Source of the DNA: Spironucleus salmonicida
Taxonomy: Eukaryota
Assembly: GCF_000497125.1 (NCBI RefSeq)
Contig: NC_090600.1
Span: 434,001 to 498,000 of the forward strand
Direction of reading: 5' to 3'
Length of the DNA: 64,000 bases
Of the stretch, positions 1 through 14,700 are shown one piece after another; position 1 is the stretch's first letter, and every line of letters begins with the position of its first letter. The notes beneath the pieces were generated by a model, which had not been told where the DNA came from, did not search any database, and saw only the letters and a program-made list of their open reading frames with translations. The translations under genes were made by a program, and so were the position numbers.

Positions 1-2339
1 ATACTTTCTTTGGCATCGTCCAGGCGATAGCAAAGCTTCAAGCCGAGTTCGTCAGGTCGCATACCAAACTGTTAACAATACGACAAAAACTAACCGCAGA
101 GTGCTAAAACAACCTCGCGCACTGCCTGCCAATCATCCTCTAAGCTAACACAAATCCTACTCAATAACTGATCGTAAGTAGCCCCAAACTCGCTGCAGTT
201 GTCGCACTCTGCATAAGGGAATGCCTGGCAAAGCTCAGTACGCTGCTTATCAACCAAAACTGTTAAAATCTCAATTGCTTTTACGAGACATTTTGGACTT
301 CTAGCACCGTGGCGCCATGTTGTGCAGGAATACACGCCATTTATCAAGAAAATGAGTTGATCTTAGCGCAGATTGATCTGTTAGCTCAAAATTCGCACGC
401 ATTCCAAACATTCGAAACGGACATCCTGGTTCATCTTTTCAACGTCAGCGGAAATTTTAAGCATTTTAACTGCTATATTAACTGCTTTTTGAGCATTTTT
501 GGTCGCGAAATCGAAGCGTTTTGTGAAGTTCAAAAACTGAGCAAAAATTTAGCATCTTATGACGAGGCGGTCAGTTTTCAGAATTTCGCTATTCAAGTTG
601 ATCGTTTAGAGTGCTAATGCAAAGTTCAGATTAGCTTTAAATTAATCAAAAATAGAGATAAACTCCTCTGTGAGCTTTTTGGATACTTTAAATGCAGTGG
701 TTGCAATAAATTCATCAAAAACGTGCTTTTTGGCTGTCAAAAGCTCTTAATTGCTCAATTTTACGTATACTGCACTAACTAAAATGAAAAATACTTGTTA
801 TTAATCTTCACTTAACAAAGTAAATAAATCAGGTTTTTGTTGCAAAAATTAACAAAAATGACCGCAGCAAACGCTCTAGCTAACAACTAGCAAATAGTCT
901 TCATTCATCAAATAGTCACTACTAGCTAAAATTGTTAAAATAACTTCAATATCAGTATTCTGCATTTCGTTGGAAAATGTATTTTCCATTCCACGGAACA
1001 TTAAAAACCTTCCTAAAAATGCATAAATTCGGCTTAAAAATCGTGAATTCTCAGCACTTTATGTAGAAATTTATTTCTTAATTTGTCCTAATATGTCATT
1101 TGGAGCACAAAACACTGCCATTAGTTCAATTAAAGGGTCAAATTCGCCTTTATTAAATTCATCATGGAGCAAAAATTGAAGTGAATTAGCAAATTTCTAT
1201 CCAAATTTTGCTGTAAAATTATGAGATAAAATAATTAAATTGCAAAGCAAACGAGAGCTAGCAAGTTTCACATGATTTTGAACACTTTCTAAGTCTCGTA
1301 TTATTGCATTAAGTTGCTTTTCGAGGACTTATTAAGCTAGAATTCTACAACCAAGATTGAGCTATTTGTCAAAATGTGGAGCTGAATTTTTATTAAAGTT
1401 AGCAATAAATTCATCATATTTGTCATCCTATCCTGTTACTGTATTTTCAATTTCCTGCTGTAAATGTAAAAATTTGTCATGTTACTTGGTTTCTAAAACA
1501 TAAAATTCTCCGCAAGAGAGGAATATATTAAAAGAATAAATTTCATGTAGATTTGATAAGAGCGGTACCGCAAATATATCGGCATAAATGTGTCGATCGA
1601 TGTGATTGAAAAGAAGTATCTTCATGGCATCTGCTAGTGAATCAGTGAGAAGTGGATCATTGAGTAGTAATGGAAGAAGTTTTTAAAGATGTCGGTTAAT
1701 TTATTTTGATTATGTGGATAAGTGCGTTTATGTAAATGCCTATAGATTAAGTTATCTAACTGTTTTTTAATTGTGATTGAACGTTGCAATTATTCCTTCG
1801 CTCAAATCAGACACTTAAGTTTCTGTTAAAAAATGTTTAAATGTTCGTGTAAACCTAAATATACATTTATCTGTCTGTATTCGGCAATTAGGACATTTAT
1901 CGGTTGATTATTTAATAAGAATAGAAGTAATTGCATCTGAGAATTTTTAGTGAGACTTTTCTAGCTAAACAGATGATATTTGAGTCTTTTCTATATTTAT
2001 AATGATTTTAAGCAGAACAGTAAGCAGGTCTTCCCTTACAGTTTCAGATTTTTCATAAGTATCAAATGGTAAATTCTTTGTATCAACTATGGAGGTTACG
2101 TTGAAAAATAGAGAATCAAAATCTTATGAGATAAATTCTTGAACATTGTCTATCAGAATTTCAGCAGCAGTTGATCTTACAGCATCGAATTTTGAGCGCA
2201 TTGAGGAATACACAGCAGAAACTACTTATGAAATATTTTATTCATCGATTTATTCCTAGATTAATAAGATAGCTTACTTTGATAAATTTCTCTACTACTC
2301 TTTATCAATTAAGGTTGAACATGCACGTGCTAAGTCCAT
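1..2339 (-). CDS. HEAT-repeat protein, DNAAF5/HEATR2-like dynein assembly factor (3' end outside window)
   Basis: Code-6 ORF from ATG 2339, in frame with track ORF 90-347. C-terminal motifs WRHGARS, VSLEDDWQAVRE and RLDDAKES resemble DNAAF5 WHAGRT, LEEDSKMTR and RLDDVSND. Confidence 0.65.
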
Positions 2340-2427
2340 TGTGAAATGAAGAATTTACTTATCCGAATTCTATAGTTTAATTATATAATATTTATATATA
2401 ATCTTGATCATTCATGTCTAGTTAACT

Positions 2428-2844
2428 ATGCAATTTGTTATTACTAAAGCTAGTGAGTTTATGTCATATCTTCCTTAAGATCTAATAAGCTTATATCCAA
2501 CTAACTTATTTATTTATCAAACTCGTCTATTAACAAAAAACGTTAATCTAACTTATTTCGGAAATTTTACCACCTAACCTCTTCTTTAGACTTTTTCACG
2601 GGCTCTTCAATACATTTTATTCCATAACTCAACTATAGATTTTTTAGATATTGAGAAGAGTGTTATTTCAACATTCTCATTATTTATAAAAGATTATAAC
2701 TTAAATTTAATTATATAATTGAATGACTATGAACTAAAATATATTCCTATATAATAAGAATAATAATAAATGATTGATAAGATTTAATAGGGTTTCAGAA
2801 ACAGTTTATTTAAAGATAAGTATTATACTCTATACATTATATGA
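2428..2844 (+). CDS. hypothetical protein (~138 aa)
   Basis: ATG to TGA open under code 6; divergent from the HEAT gene; no family recognised. Confidence 0.4.
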
Positions 2845-3113
2845 ACAGCCGTTCTTTTTAAATGAATATATCACAAAAGTATATGAACACATCACTTGTC
2901 TGTCATAGACCAAAATTTTTAAGATCATCTACACCAGATTTTAGTAGATAACTATCAAGAGCTAGTCCGTGCATGTATATTAAGGGTTAAACTATAGGAC
3001 TAGGAGGTTAACTTGGGGAATCTACTTAGTAACTGAGGAGTTCATGGATAGAACACGAGTCAGTAAGATCTAAGCTTAATAGAGCAAGAAGCTCCGGAAG
3101 ATTAACATTCTGA
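2841..3113 (+). CDS. hypothetical protein (~90 aa)
   Basis: Code-6 ORF with an ATGA overlap with the previous stop. Confidence 0.35.
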
Positions 3114-3158
3114 AATATTCTTTTTATTGTATTTTAGATACCTTTTCATTCCTTCCTA

Positions 3159-3713
3159 ATGAATATTATTGTTCCAAATTAATTTTATCATTCAGTATTC
3201 TCAGAAATTTAATAAAGTCTTCATTTTAAATATGAAGTATAAATAGTTTAGTCATCTTAACTATCATTATCAGAAAATATACTATAAATTCATGGTCTTG
3301 CACCAATTATCTTTTATTTACTTAGAAAAAACGATTTACTCACAGATGATGAAAGAAAATTATATATTCTTGATAATTTTTTGAATATATTAACAAATAT
3401 CAATCAAATTGAAGACTAAATTTTTAGCTTTGCAAAAAAAAAATTATTTAACATGAAGTACACATAACACCTTATGGGGAATATTCAACTTGATTTAGTA
3501 TAAATAACTTAGTTTTTTGACTAGAATACTTATATAATTGCTAGAAATTATAAGCAAGTCAATATTGTGGCAGCTATTATTTTGAAGAATTTTATCAAAC
3601 GTTTTGCAACTGTTGGACGTAAACCATAATTTCAGGGATGCTAAATTTATATTAGATTATGGACTGGCTAAGATCTTTAATTAGCAAAACTCATTGATTG
3701 TTATCGAGAGTGA
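3159..3713 (+). CDS. hypothetical protein (184 aa)
   Basis: Code-6 ORF preceded by C-rich CATTCCTTCCTA; ends in GAGTGA. Confidence 0.55.
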
Positions 3714-4377
3714 TTTACCCTTATTAAGTGTTTTAATTATATTATATAGCGAGACCTAACTATAAAAAATAATACTACGGTTTGTCAATTTTCGATAATA
3801 ACTATTTTTCTAATAATATAGTTCCACTTATTAAATTTCATTTAAATTATGATTATTAAAGGAGCATTATTAGATCAATCTATTAAGTGATAATGCTTCG
3901 TCTTGTGAAGAATAATTATCATTTTTATTTTGTTGAAGTGATATCAAGCTTTTAAAAATGTATTTTTAGTTATATTTCTATTATTGATAATTTTAGTTGC
4001 TTTTTAATAATAAATGAAAAAAATTATCAATCCCTGGTTCAAACTTAATATAATTAGACTTAAAATATTTGATGTAAATAAAATTTAAAGAACTACCTTC
4101 TCTAATTGTGATACAACACATATTCAATGTTAATGGTGTCATATATATTTAAATACTTTTACAATGACTAATATGATCAATAATTACAATAATATGTTAT
4201 AAATGCATCAGAAATGATTAATGTTATTTAAAATAGTAGACAATAACCTTTCTTTCTAGTTTTTACTACAGTTGAAGAAAATAATAACAGAGGGTAGTTT
4301 TAAATTAATAGTAATTATTTACTATCTGTAGGGAATTATCAAATATTATGTTAATTAAAAGTAATTTATATCACTAA

Positions 4378-4665
4378 TCAGTTAGCATCAGAAACTCGTC
4401 GACTGGGAAATGGAACTTCTTCGCATAATTTATACCCTGAACTAGATGGTGTGAGTAATTTTTGTTAACTTTTAGCTATTTCATTGTCGACATATTATCT
4501 TTAACGAGTGAATTAGGCAATATCTTGTTCTTCTAAATAGTATTAAATACGGGCCCTAATTTTGATTCTTCTAGCTGACGTATAAACTTATTTAGAGCTA
4601 GGAGCAAAATTCTCGGATAATGTTCTGGATAATGGTAAAGGTTCTTAATTTTAAGTGCTACCCAT
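4378..4665 (-). CDS. hypothetical protein (95 aa, MGSTQNQ...)
   Basis: Code-6 ORF, ATG to TGA. Confidence 0.45.
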
Positions 4666-4975
4666 TTTGAGGGAATTGAAAAACTAATAAAACCTTACAT
4701 TTACACTAATACTAATACTAAAATTACTAAATATATGAAAGTTTCTAAGATCTATTTAGTATGTAATAAATAAATTAAATAAAAGGTATACGAAAATGAA
4801 ATTTACTAGTACATAATAGATTTATATATCAATAATTACTTGATAACAAAATTATCTATATTTAAATACATTTATTATTAGTTATTTATTATATGTATAG
4901 TTATCAATAACTACTTCTAGTATACAATTACATTATCTTGCTTATTATATATTTAAATATGTAAAACAAAAATTA

Positions 4976-5698
4976 TCATTATTAATCTAATTTATTACTT
5001 ATTTTTAATTTTTAAAATCCAAACATATTGGTTACAGGTTCGTCCAAGTAATCATAGTTTTCGTACTCATCTACTATTTCAGGCTTTAGATCTAAATCAC
5101 CCTAATCATTAATAAACTAATATTTGATCAGATCAATGAAATGACTAATAGGGTATACTATACTTCCTGATTTAATATCAAAATAACTATACATATCATC
5201 TATTATATAATTTTTATATGTTAATAGTATGCCTTTGATTTGGCTGTCGTTTTCTTAATTATTTATGAAATTTTCATCAAAAAATGCAGTTTCTTCTTCC
5301 GTGTCAATAGCATACATAGAATTAAAGAAGTATAGTTTGTGATCTTAGTTTGGAATAAAAGTTAAATGAGCAGCCACTTGTTTGTTAATATTATAGAGTA
5401 TACCTTTGCATACAAATTATTACTTTTTTGAAATTGTAGGAAACGACTCTAAGTTCAGTGACTTTAAAAATATAATATCTTTACCATTAAATTCATATAT
5501 ATTTTTGTTAATAATAGCCTGATTGTTATGGGTTTAGTAAATATTTGATTAATTTGTTTCTGGAAGCGTTACATTAATTGTGAACGTTTAGAGTACTTCT
5601 AGTTCTCTACTAATTTCATATCCTTTATTATTACTATAAACAAAAAATTTTCCTTCGAATTACGAGAAAAAATTTAATTAATGAGGCTTTAAATGCAT
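4976..5698 (-). CDS. hypothetical protein (240 aa)
   Basis: In-frame ATG and TGA under code 6; acidic C-terminus; middle only partly checked. Confidence 0.5.
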
Positions 5699-5735
5699 TA
5701 TAGGAAAGAAAAATTATAACAAAAAATAAAAATAA

Positions 5736-8700
5736 TCATCTTCCATCCAAACATGCGTAGACACCATAAACATCAACAAATACCTAAGTACCATCGTTTG
5801 CTTCGACTATTAAATTTTCTACTACGGCCATTCGCATGGAACGTGATTTATCAACATAAAATGGAACTTCTTTGCCCTAACAAGAACTTACTAACCATAT
5901 CTAGCATAGTTTCATTTCGTTCTAATTGAAGTCCAGGCCTGCCCCATAACCAGCTCCGACAAGCTTAATCGATCCTTTAGATATACAAACTCTAGGTCCA
6001 CTTTCTTTAATTGTACTAGCAACCAAACGAACTTTGTCTAATTCAATTTTATTTATTTAACCCTCGTATCTTCTTACAGCTTCAACTAAGCTAGTAGGTC
6101 TTGGTATGAATTCTAGATCAATATTTATCGGAGATGCACTTTTTTCGCTTTCCACGCAACTATTTAAGCCTCCCAAAATTGCCTTTGCTGAGTCTACCAA
6201 AAACTGCAGAAATCCGTTTGGATTACCTTAATTGAGTGTCACTAGCTCTGGAGCATCAGGAGGTGCTATTGAGCATGGTGGTGATTAAATGAACATACTC
6301 CAACTTTCAGGTACTATTCCTGAGGAGATAAGTTACGCAATTTGCTTAATTTCTGGTGTCGCAAACAGGTAGTTTTCAGATGCAATTTAGGCACTATCAA
6401 AATCTTGAGTAATGATTTTTTATAGTTTTTAAATAACCATACTCTGCTCAATTAATTCTTCAGATATAGCACTAGTTTTTGTTAGCTGTTATACCCCCTG
6501 TATTCCCTCTAAGGTTAAAGAAAGTTCATTTTACGTTTTTTCATTAAATATGTTTTTAAGCTTTAAAATAGCTTCAAAAACACCAGAATCTCCATTTTCT
6601 TCTGAGCTGGATGAAATTGTTCTAGCCAAAATAGACTTTACTAACATCGAATCCTTCTCCCCTTTAATTAAAAGTGCGTTAGATTAAAGTCCTAAAAGAT
6701 CAGAAGTTGGAGAATTAGGAAAATTGTCGCTTATATATGCTACCAAATCATGCTCCTTATTAGACTATAGTATTGCAAATGGTGGGATTAAGTACTTAAT
6801 GAATGGGAAATAGTCAGCTTATTTTACTAATTTAGAATCATCCGAAACTAGTTAAAATGTATCTTTAATTGTTTTAGTGACTTTCGGACAATTTTATGTG
6901 AATTTTACTATTTATGCTTCTATAGAAGGTGAAAATGCGATATTTGCCAGTTGACGAATCAGAGTCAAATCAGCAGCCTCTTTTGTCTGAACGCCGTAAA
7001 TACAGTCGTTCAAGTATCCTTTCACTTTCTTCACAATATCTCCATTCTCTTCCAACTTGCTCAAAATTGTTACCATGACATCAGAATCAGTCCCAGACCA
7101 TCCAGGATCGGCGGAAACTCCTCTAGGCTGATAGTTTTTCCTACCTTCTAAAATCACCTAAAACACGCTCACCATATATGCCAAACAGCGCTTAATATTG
7201 CTCTTACAGCCCATAATTCCCCCGATTCTGCCCATCATGCCCTCTTTTGCGCTCATGACGCCACTGAGACAAATACGCCAACCAACCCCCATTAAGTTCT
7301 TCGGGAAGTCGCCTTTAGGCTCTAAAAGCAAAATAACCCGCGTACTAGCGCAATTCTGCACCGAATTCAGGAAAGACGGCAGATTTTGAAGCCAATTCGG
7401 GCACAAATGAGCCCCCTTGAAAATGATCAGTTTTGGCGGCAATTCGCTTGCCAAAAGCGCCGAAAATTGAGCATTGCTCTCCATTTCGCGCCCAGGAGAC
7501 AATGCGACGATCTCAGCCGAAATGGCACTAGTGGGGTCGTTGCCGGAGGACGTGAAAATCAAAATCGGCTGCGCGATCGAATCCGCTAATTCGACGGCCT
7601 GAACGATCGGATTTTTCTGGATTTGGAGCGTGGAAATCAGGTGCTAATCGGCTGCAAACTGCAGATTCGAGTTCAGGAGGTCCGGGCGCACGCAAATCAG
7701 GAACGCGAGCTTCTCGAATTCGGTCAAATCCGCGCAGTTTTGGGGCAGAGCCTCGCCGTAAAACTTGCAGTTTCCGGCCTTTTGGACGAAGGAGCCCCAG
7801 ATTTGCGCCTAGTCGATTTTCAGCGTTTTGAGTTTTTCTGGTGACAAAATGGATAGCAGGGACGAAATTTCGGCTTAAAACGAGCCCGCCCACGTCAAAT
7901 TTTACTGCTTCACGGTCGGTTAGATGCCGGCCAAAAACGCGTAGATTTCGTTGCTCAAAAGATCTGGATAGTAATTATTATATAATATAGCGATCGCTCC
8001 AGTTTTGTCTGACTAAAAAACCATTTATTATATTCTATTGTATATAATAATGAAATATTCGCGAATTGTCAAATTTACCGTAGAATCTTGAATTTCTACG
8101 GTTTTTGGATTTAGCTATATTAACACTTATTTCAATAGCGGAATGATCGCAGAATCATCCGTAACATACAAATCGTTGAGATGCTAAATTTTTTCCAAAG
8201 CGGCAACGGAGCGCCCGACGTAGCCAGCTATTTTGCTGGCCTTTTCGCGCAGCAAATTGAGCTGTTTTTAAGTGTTTTGGGCCTCGATTTGCGCCGTTTA
8301 AATCTGCAAAGTCTGGTTTTTGGCCTTCTCCAAAACCTTTATCAGATTCTGGTCCTCCAAAATGTTCGGCGCGCTCTTTGAGCCCTCCAGCGCCGTCAAA
8401 AGCTCCTGCTCAATGACGAACAATTTGCCCCGCAAATCGGCCTGGACGGTGTCCAAATCGGTCAGTTTCTTCACCGTTTCAGGGCTCCATTCGTTCAGAA
8501 TTATCTTGATATAAAGCTCGTTTCTGGACTCGTTCGTGGGTGCAAATGACATTTCGAGCACCTTGTTCTGAAGGTTTTCCTCGACGTGGAGCCCCACGCG
8601 CGAGACGACGAAAGCGCTGAAATCTGGCGACATTTCGGTCAATTTAGAGTTCTGAGGCACCAAAAGCGTCTGATTTGTAGCGAGCAAATCGTCGCTGGGC

Positions 8701-11700
8701 GGCGCGGCCGAATCCGCGCACTTGTAGGCCTGTGTGCCGTAGCGGATGTAGGGGACGAGTTCTGGCGGAATTGAGCCCTGGTCGCAGTCTGTGATTACGA
8801 TTTTCTGGCCGAATCTGGCAGCGATTTGGATCAGATTCTGAAGGTTTTCGGACGTTGCGGACACGAATTGGGCCTTGGAATAGGTGTTTTTAATGTAGGT
8901 TAGGAGGCCTGTCGAGTCTGTGACATATGAGAAAATAATTGTGTTTAGCTGCTTATTTTGGTCGAATTGGGACAGCAATGCTACATTTTCCAGAGCTTGA
9001 TTCGAATAAAATAGCCCGCTTTGAACCGTTTAATCGATGAATTGCTGGTTTATCTGAAGGTCGAAAATCAGCTTCCTGTATTCTCCGCAAAGATGCTGTC
9101 TGATATCGTCAGTTTTGTTGCCGCAAATTGTGAACATAACGGCATTTAAAATGGCGCATTTGTCGATTTTTGTCAGTTAAATTTGTATCTGGTCTAGATT
9201 TTCGCTCCATCTAATTTTTTCGTTTTTCAAGTTTTCAAGCATATCCTCACCTCGCTTTTTCTTAACTTCGATCGACTGAAATTCGGTTTTCCACTTCATC
9301 AATTCTTAAGTTTTTTCGTTGAAATTCTCTCTTAATATTTCGGTATCCTTTTCCAACTGAACCACCTCATTTTCTGTTTTTTCGAGCTCATTTTAAAGCG
9401 AAATAAGCGAGCTGGCTGCATTTTCAGCTGCCTTCATCAGAGGCTCAATTTTCACGAAAACCTCGCTATAGCTTAACGAAGCGGAAACCCACTTTGCAAG
9501 CGGAGCGGCGGCCTTGCTGACCTTCTAAATTCGCTCTTATTCGAACGCCTCAGGCTTCTATTTTACGATTTAAATGACCTTTTTGAGCTGATTGGAAGGC
9601 ACTTTTTTGACGTCAAAACTTGCGATTTGGCGCAGAACGCCGCTTTGGCTCAAAAACGCGCGCATTCCCTGCCACGAAATATCAGAATTGCCCATAAACG
9701 TCAAAACTGCCTCTAAAACCGTCGCAACGGCCTGCGGAGGCTGCTTGAACGACTTCACTTCCGTCAGCGCATCGTTGGGAATCGACTGAACGGCCTTCGT
9801 GGCCTCCTCCAAAATAGGCAAAACGGACCCCAAACTGGCCTCCGCGTCCTGCTTCTGCTTGGTCACCGAAATCGACTTTTCGGCCAGTTCGGCCTTCATT
9901 TTTCCAGCGTTTTCCTTGTTACGCTGCACGATTTCCATCTTTTTCGTGATGTCCTCGAGCGCCGCGTTGGCCTGCGCCTGCGCTTTTTCGACCGATTTGA
10001 GCGAAATTTGCGCCTGTTGGCGCAGTTTGTCGATTTCCGACTGCGCTGAATTCAGCTGATTCAGACCAGAAAACAGCTGATTTTTCCGCTGGTTAACGGT
10101 CGCCTGCCAGGACTCCTTGAAAACGGTGAAAAGGCAGTAACTTTTGATAAAAACCGCGTTCGGAATCGTGAAATTTGGCCCGTTTTGGCGCATGAATTTG
10201 CTCGTAAAGTTGAAAATCGGCGTGTGAATCGGCGCGAAGGCCGCGTTCAGGCTCTTGTAAACCGGCACAATGTCCGAATTCAGCGTCGCATTTTCCTGAA
10301 TTTAGAACGCGCAGACCCCGAAATTGCGGCGCAAAACCGGCGCGCTGGCGAAAATTTGGTCCAAAATCGGCCGCTCGGGCGCCAAAATGACGCAAATCTG
10401 CACGTTTTCGACGAACGAATTGAACAGATTTTCGATCTGCTTGGCCTCGTTTTCCTCCGGATTCTCGCAGCTCTCAGCGTAGATTCCGAGCAAGTTCCGC
10501 AGCTCAGAAACGCTGAATTGGGCCCGCAGGAAGCTCACGTCCCGCGCCGAAATCGCCGAAATGAGCACCAGAAACTGCGCGTCGAAATCGAGCACATTCT
10601 CGTCCAGAACGAGCAGAATCCGGAAATTCCGGGCCACCTGCTCGCCCAGCTGCCGCAAATTGAGCTTTTCGGGCGCCTGGAAGTGGATTTTGAGCCCCAA
10701 AGTGAGCGCAGAAATCGTTAGCGCCTCTGCCGAAAAGTTGTTGGATTGCGTGATCAGAACGACCGATTTCTTGAGGAAAAGCGAAATTTCGAGCGTTTGG
10801 AGCGTTTTCAGGAAGCTTTTGAGCTGCAAATCGTCCAAATTGCGCAGGAAACGCCCGAAAAGGACCAGCGCGGGGTAGTACTGCGAGGTGGCGTTTATGA
10901 GCTCCTCGAGCATGTTCAACCGCACCTTCAGGGACACGAATTCGAGCGCTAAAATCATCTAAATCGGCTCATCTTGCAGCAGCAGCCTCTGCACCTGCTG
11001 CGCTGTCTGCGTCATCCTGCAGACCGTGAAAACGCTTTCCGTGCACGTCGAAATTTTCGTTATATCAGTTAGCGCGGCCTCACGTCCCTTCCAAAATGGC
11101 TGTTTTCCGGCGATAACGACCTCCAAAAGCGCGTAAATCTGCTCAGAATCGGCCAATTCGAGCTGCGAAAACGCCAAAAAGCTCGTAAACGAAACCGCGA
11201 GATTTTGGTAAAAGTTCGGCAGGCAAATTACGCTTTTCGCGCGCTGCTGCCTGAGCTGAATTTCGAGCGCCTCAAAATGCGTTATTTGGCCCTGAACGTA
11301 GCGCTCCAAACTGCGCTAATCCGCGAATTTCGCGTAGACGCCGAACGCGTTTCCGAGCACGATTTTCGCGTCGCTCTGCGTCAAATTTCGCATGCGGACG
11401 TGCCCTGCGCGCCGCGCGAGACGCAGCGGCACCGATTCGGCGCTTTTGAGCGTCAGAACGAACAGGACGTTTTTGACGAAAACGGGCGTCCCTTTTACGA
11501 AGATTTTGCTGTGCGCAAGCAGCGCCCAGAGGAGCGTAAAGACCTCAGAATGGCCGTATTCGTCAAGTTTGAGGATGTCGGCGTTTCGGACGATTAGCAG
11601 CAGTTTCTTGTTGTTCTTGGGGTGCAGCTCCTTGTGGCCGTCGATTCGCTGCGTTTCCGCGGTTTCTGAGAGCAAAATTCGCAAAATGTCGTCCCGGGAC

Positions 11701-14700
11701 GTCAGATTCGTGCAGGCCAGAACGAGCGTTTTGTACTGGTCGCGGAACTGGCCTGAGAGGTGCGAAATGTGGAATTTGGCAGAATCCTGGGGGCCCGAAA
11801 TGATGACCGATGTGTTGTTTTGGAGGTACGTTTGGGCGAGGTTCGTGGCGTAAATTTGCTGGTCTGGGAGGTTCTCGGTCGCGTCGACGTGTTTTGGCGA
11901 AATGTTGTGCTGTTTGAGCGCAATTTCAGTCTGGCCGATTGCCTGGCTCAATTGCTTGTAATTCAGCTCTGTCAGCTCCTGCGGGAGCTCGGTAGAGAGC
12001 GTTCTGAGGGCACCGATTACGTAATCTGATTTGTGGTTCATTGCTAGCTCGCCCAGACCTGCGTAGTGCATGTGCGTGGTTAAAACTGGTAAATTTGGAG
12101 GATTCTGCTTAATTAGTAGGTCTAACGCCTCAGAAAGTCCTGGATTTAGCTGGTTTAATAAGATTTTCTGCTCTTCAATTGGTGGGTCGGACACAAGAAT
12201 TACTGCTAGTCTGGAGACCGTAGCAGGTGAAGCATGCTCTAAACTGTCCGTTTCGAACAAAAATGAGACTGGCATTGGGATATTTGATGTTTTTGAAGTG
12301 AAATAGGCCTCTAGGGGATCGAGAGACATAGGGAAACGAATACGTTCTCCAGAGCTCAAAGACAAAAGTCGATTATCGTCTAAACTTGAGTTTAAGGCTT
12401 CTATCCATGCAGGATCAATATCTCCGTCAAAGACCAATACAGGCCATACCATGCCAGTAGTCAGACTGGCAACAGCTTATCTGGCTGCTTTTGAAAGAGC
12501 ACCATCCGTCCATTCCTTACTTACAGGGTCTACATAGCCTAATAAATCCTATCTACTCATTGCCTTGGGAGCTATTCTGTATTCTTGCATTTCAATTTTT
12601 CCATCCGATGCCAAGTTTACTGCTTTTTTCAGCAGTTCCCAAATTGTAGTTTTGCCGCTCGCAGTTGATCCTAAAAGACTTACACCAACTTTGGCTGTGA
12701 GTGCTCTATAAAGCTATAATACTAAACTTCCGATTCTCTCGCTATCAGTGTCAACAAATTCAGCTAATTTATTCTCAATATCACTAGCTGCGCCAAACTT
12801 AGCTCCTTTTTAAGTATCCAATGCCCCAAATACATCCCCTAAGATTTCCTTAAAAATATCAGCCGAACGGCCCTATACACGTGAGAATGTGGCATCTGAT
12901 AATGCTTTTATTACCACCTCTTTTTCTATTTTTTAAATGTCTACGTCAGTCAAATTTTCAGATATTTTACGGAACTTGCCAGCCCGCGCAAGAGCAGATT
13001 GTCGCAAAACTGCCTACAACGATCGAAGGCCCCAATCCAGATGAACTTCTTTCGGAATTCTTCTCGAAGCCAGCGCGTACGTCAAATCGACCTTTTCGGC
13101 CCAAATTTTGGCGAATTTAAAACCAGAAGTAGACAGAATAGTCTCCATAATCAAATTCACATCAGCCTTTCCCATGAAGCAGCCCCGCAAAAGCTTGATT
13201 AGCGAAAATGGAAGCTCTGAGCGACCTCTATACTCACGTGACGCAGGGTTCATGGTCACGAAAACGGCCGAAAAAGCAGAAACCTTGGTTATAGGCACCT
13301 TTATATCAGAAAGCTGCAAATGACCTGAATTTTTGCCCAGGGACTTGTTCTAGATCGCAATTTGAATATTCTCAATATCCGTGCTAACCGCTGACAGCAC
13401 CGCAGGCGAAAGCCGGTTTACCTCGTCAAAGCATCCCACAGAGCCGGAAAGCACAATTCCGATCAAAATTCGGCTCAAATTCTCTCTGTCGATCGCGGAA
13501 TCGCAGTTGAAAACGATGCAAGTCCGCGCCAATTTGCAGGCAAACGCCTTCACCGTTTCCGTTTTTCCAGTACCCGCAGGGCCTTGTGGATTCGACGATA
13601 CCGAAACAGACAGGGCCGAAACGAGCGTCGAAAAACAGCGATCTGTAAGTGGAGTGTGAATTAGACGCTGATATATGCCTTAATACTCGAAAGTATATGG
13701 TAGATTTGTGTCTAAGCCAACGATATACAAGTCTAAGGACTTTTCGTGAATTCGATATTTGAGCGATTTGTTCCACTCCCAGAGTCTATTTTTGCTGCTG
13801 AGTAGGTCGTTAATGAGAGTCAGATAGTGCGTTGCGTCTGTAGAAAGTGCTTTCAGCTTCAAATTCATCACAAAATTTTCCGTTCCAAAAGTTGCTGTTG
13901 AAATTTCAGGGGCAAACAATTTCGTAGTAAAGGCGCTCAGATACGTGTCCAAGCGGGTTTTGACCTTTTCTAATAGCGAATCTGTCTTTTCTGGGTTCTA
14001 AAATGCATAGTCCACCTGCGTTGTAAAAACGACTCCAAATATAACCGTTAAGATTTCAGCTGACGTATTTTTCATGTCTAAATTGCTCTTAACGGCTTCT
14101 GTAAGCTGGCTGAAGCCGAGCCACTGCGTTTTTTCGCCATCATTTTTTACCTCTTGATAGCTGGTGTTAACCTCAAATTCGTCATTTTCGTGCATTTGAT
14201 TCACGTCATGGACTTTCCACGTCAGTTTCAGGCTTGTCATCAACTCAGCTTTTAACGTCTCTTTGATACTTAAATCCAGCCTTTTAAGCCAAACTTCTGG
14301 TGCATCTTTTATCTAAATATCTTGCTTTAACATAATTTTTTCAGTTTCAGAACTCTCTAAGCCAACTATTTTGTTGCCCGAAAATATCAATTTCTCAACT
14401 GCTGAAAACAGCTTTTTAACGTGATTTTACAGTGTTTTCTCAGGCTTTGCGTTAGCGTTAGCCAGGATTTCTAAAACGTCCTAATCCGCCAAAAAATAAA
14501 ACTTTGGGAACGAAAGCCGCTTAGCTTCTAAATATTTCCTTAATGCAGACTAGCACTCATTCAAAATCTACTATGCAAGTTCTATTTATGATATCACACT
14601 AGAAGGAGCGGAAAGTTAAATTTGTTTTGGAATTTCAACTGATAAAAACGAAATTACCGGAATTTCTATTTACCGCGTTTCGTCGTTCAGCAACGCCCTT

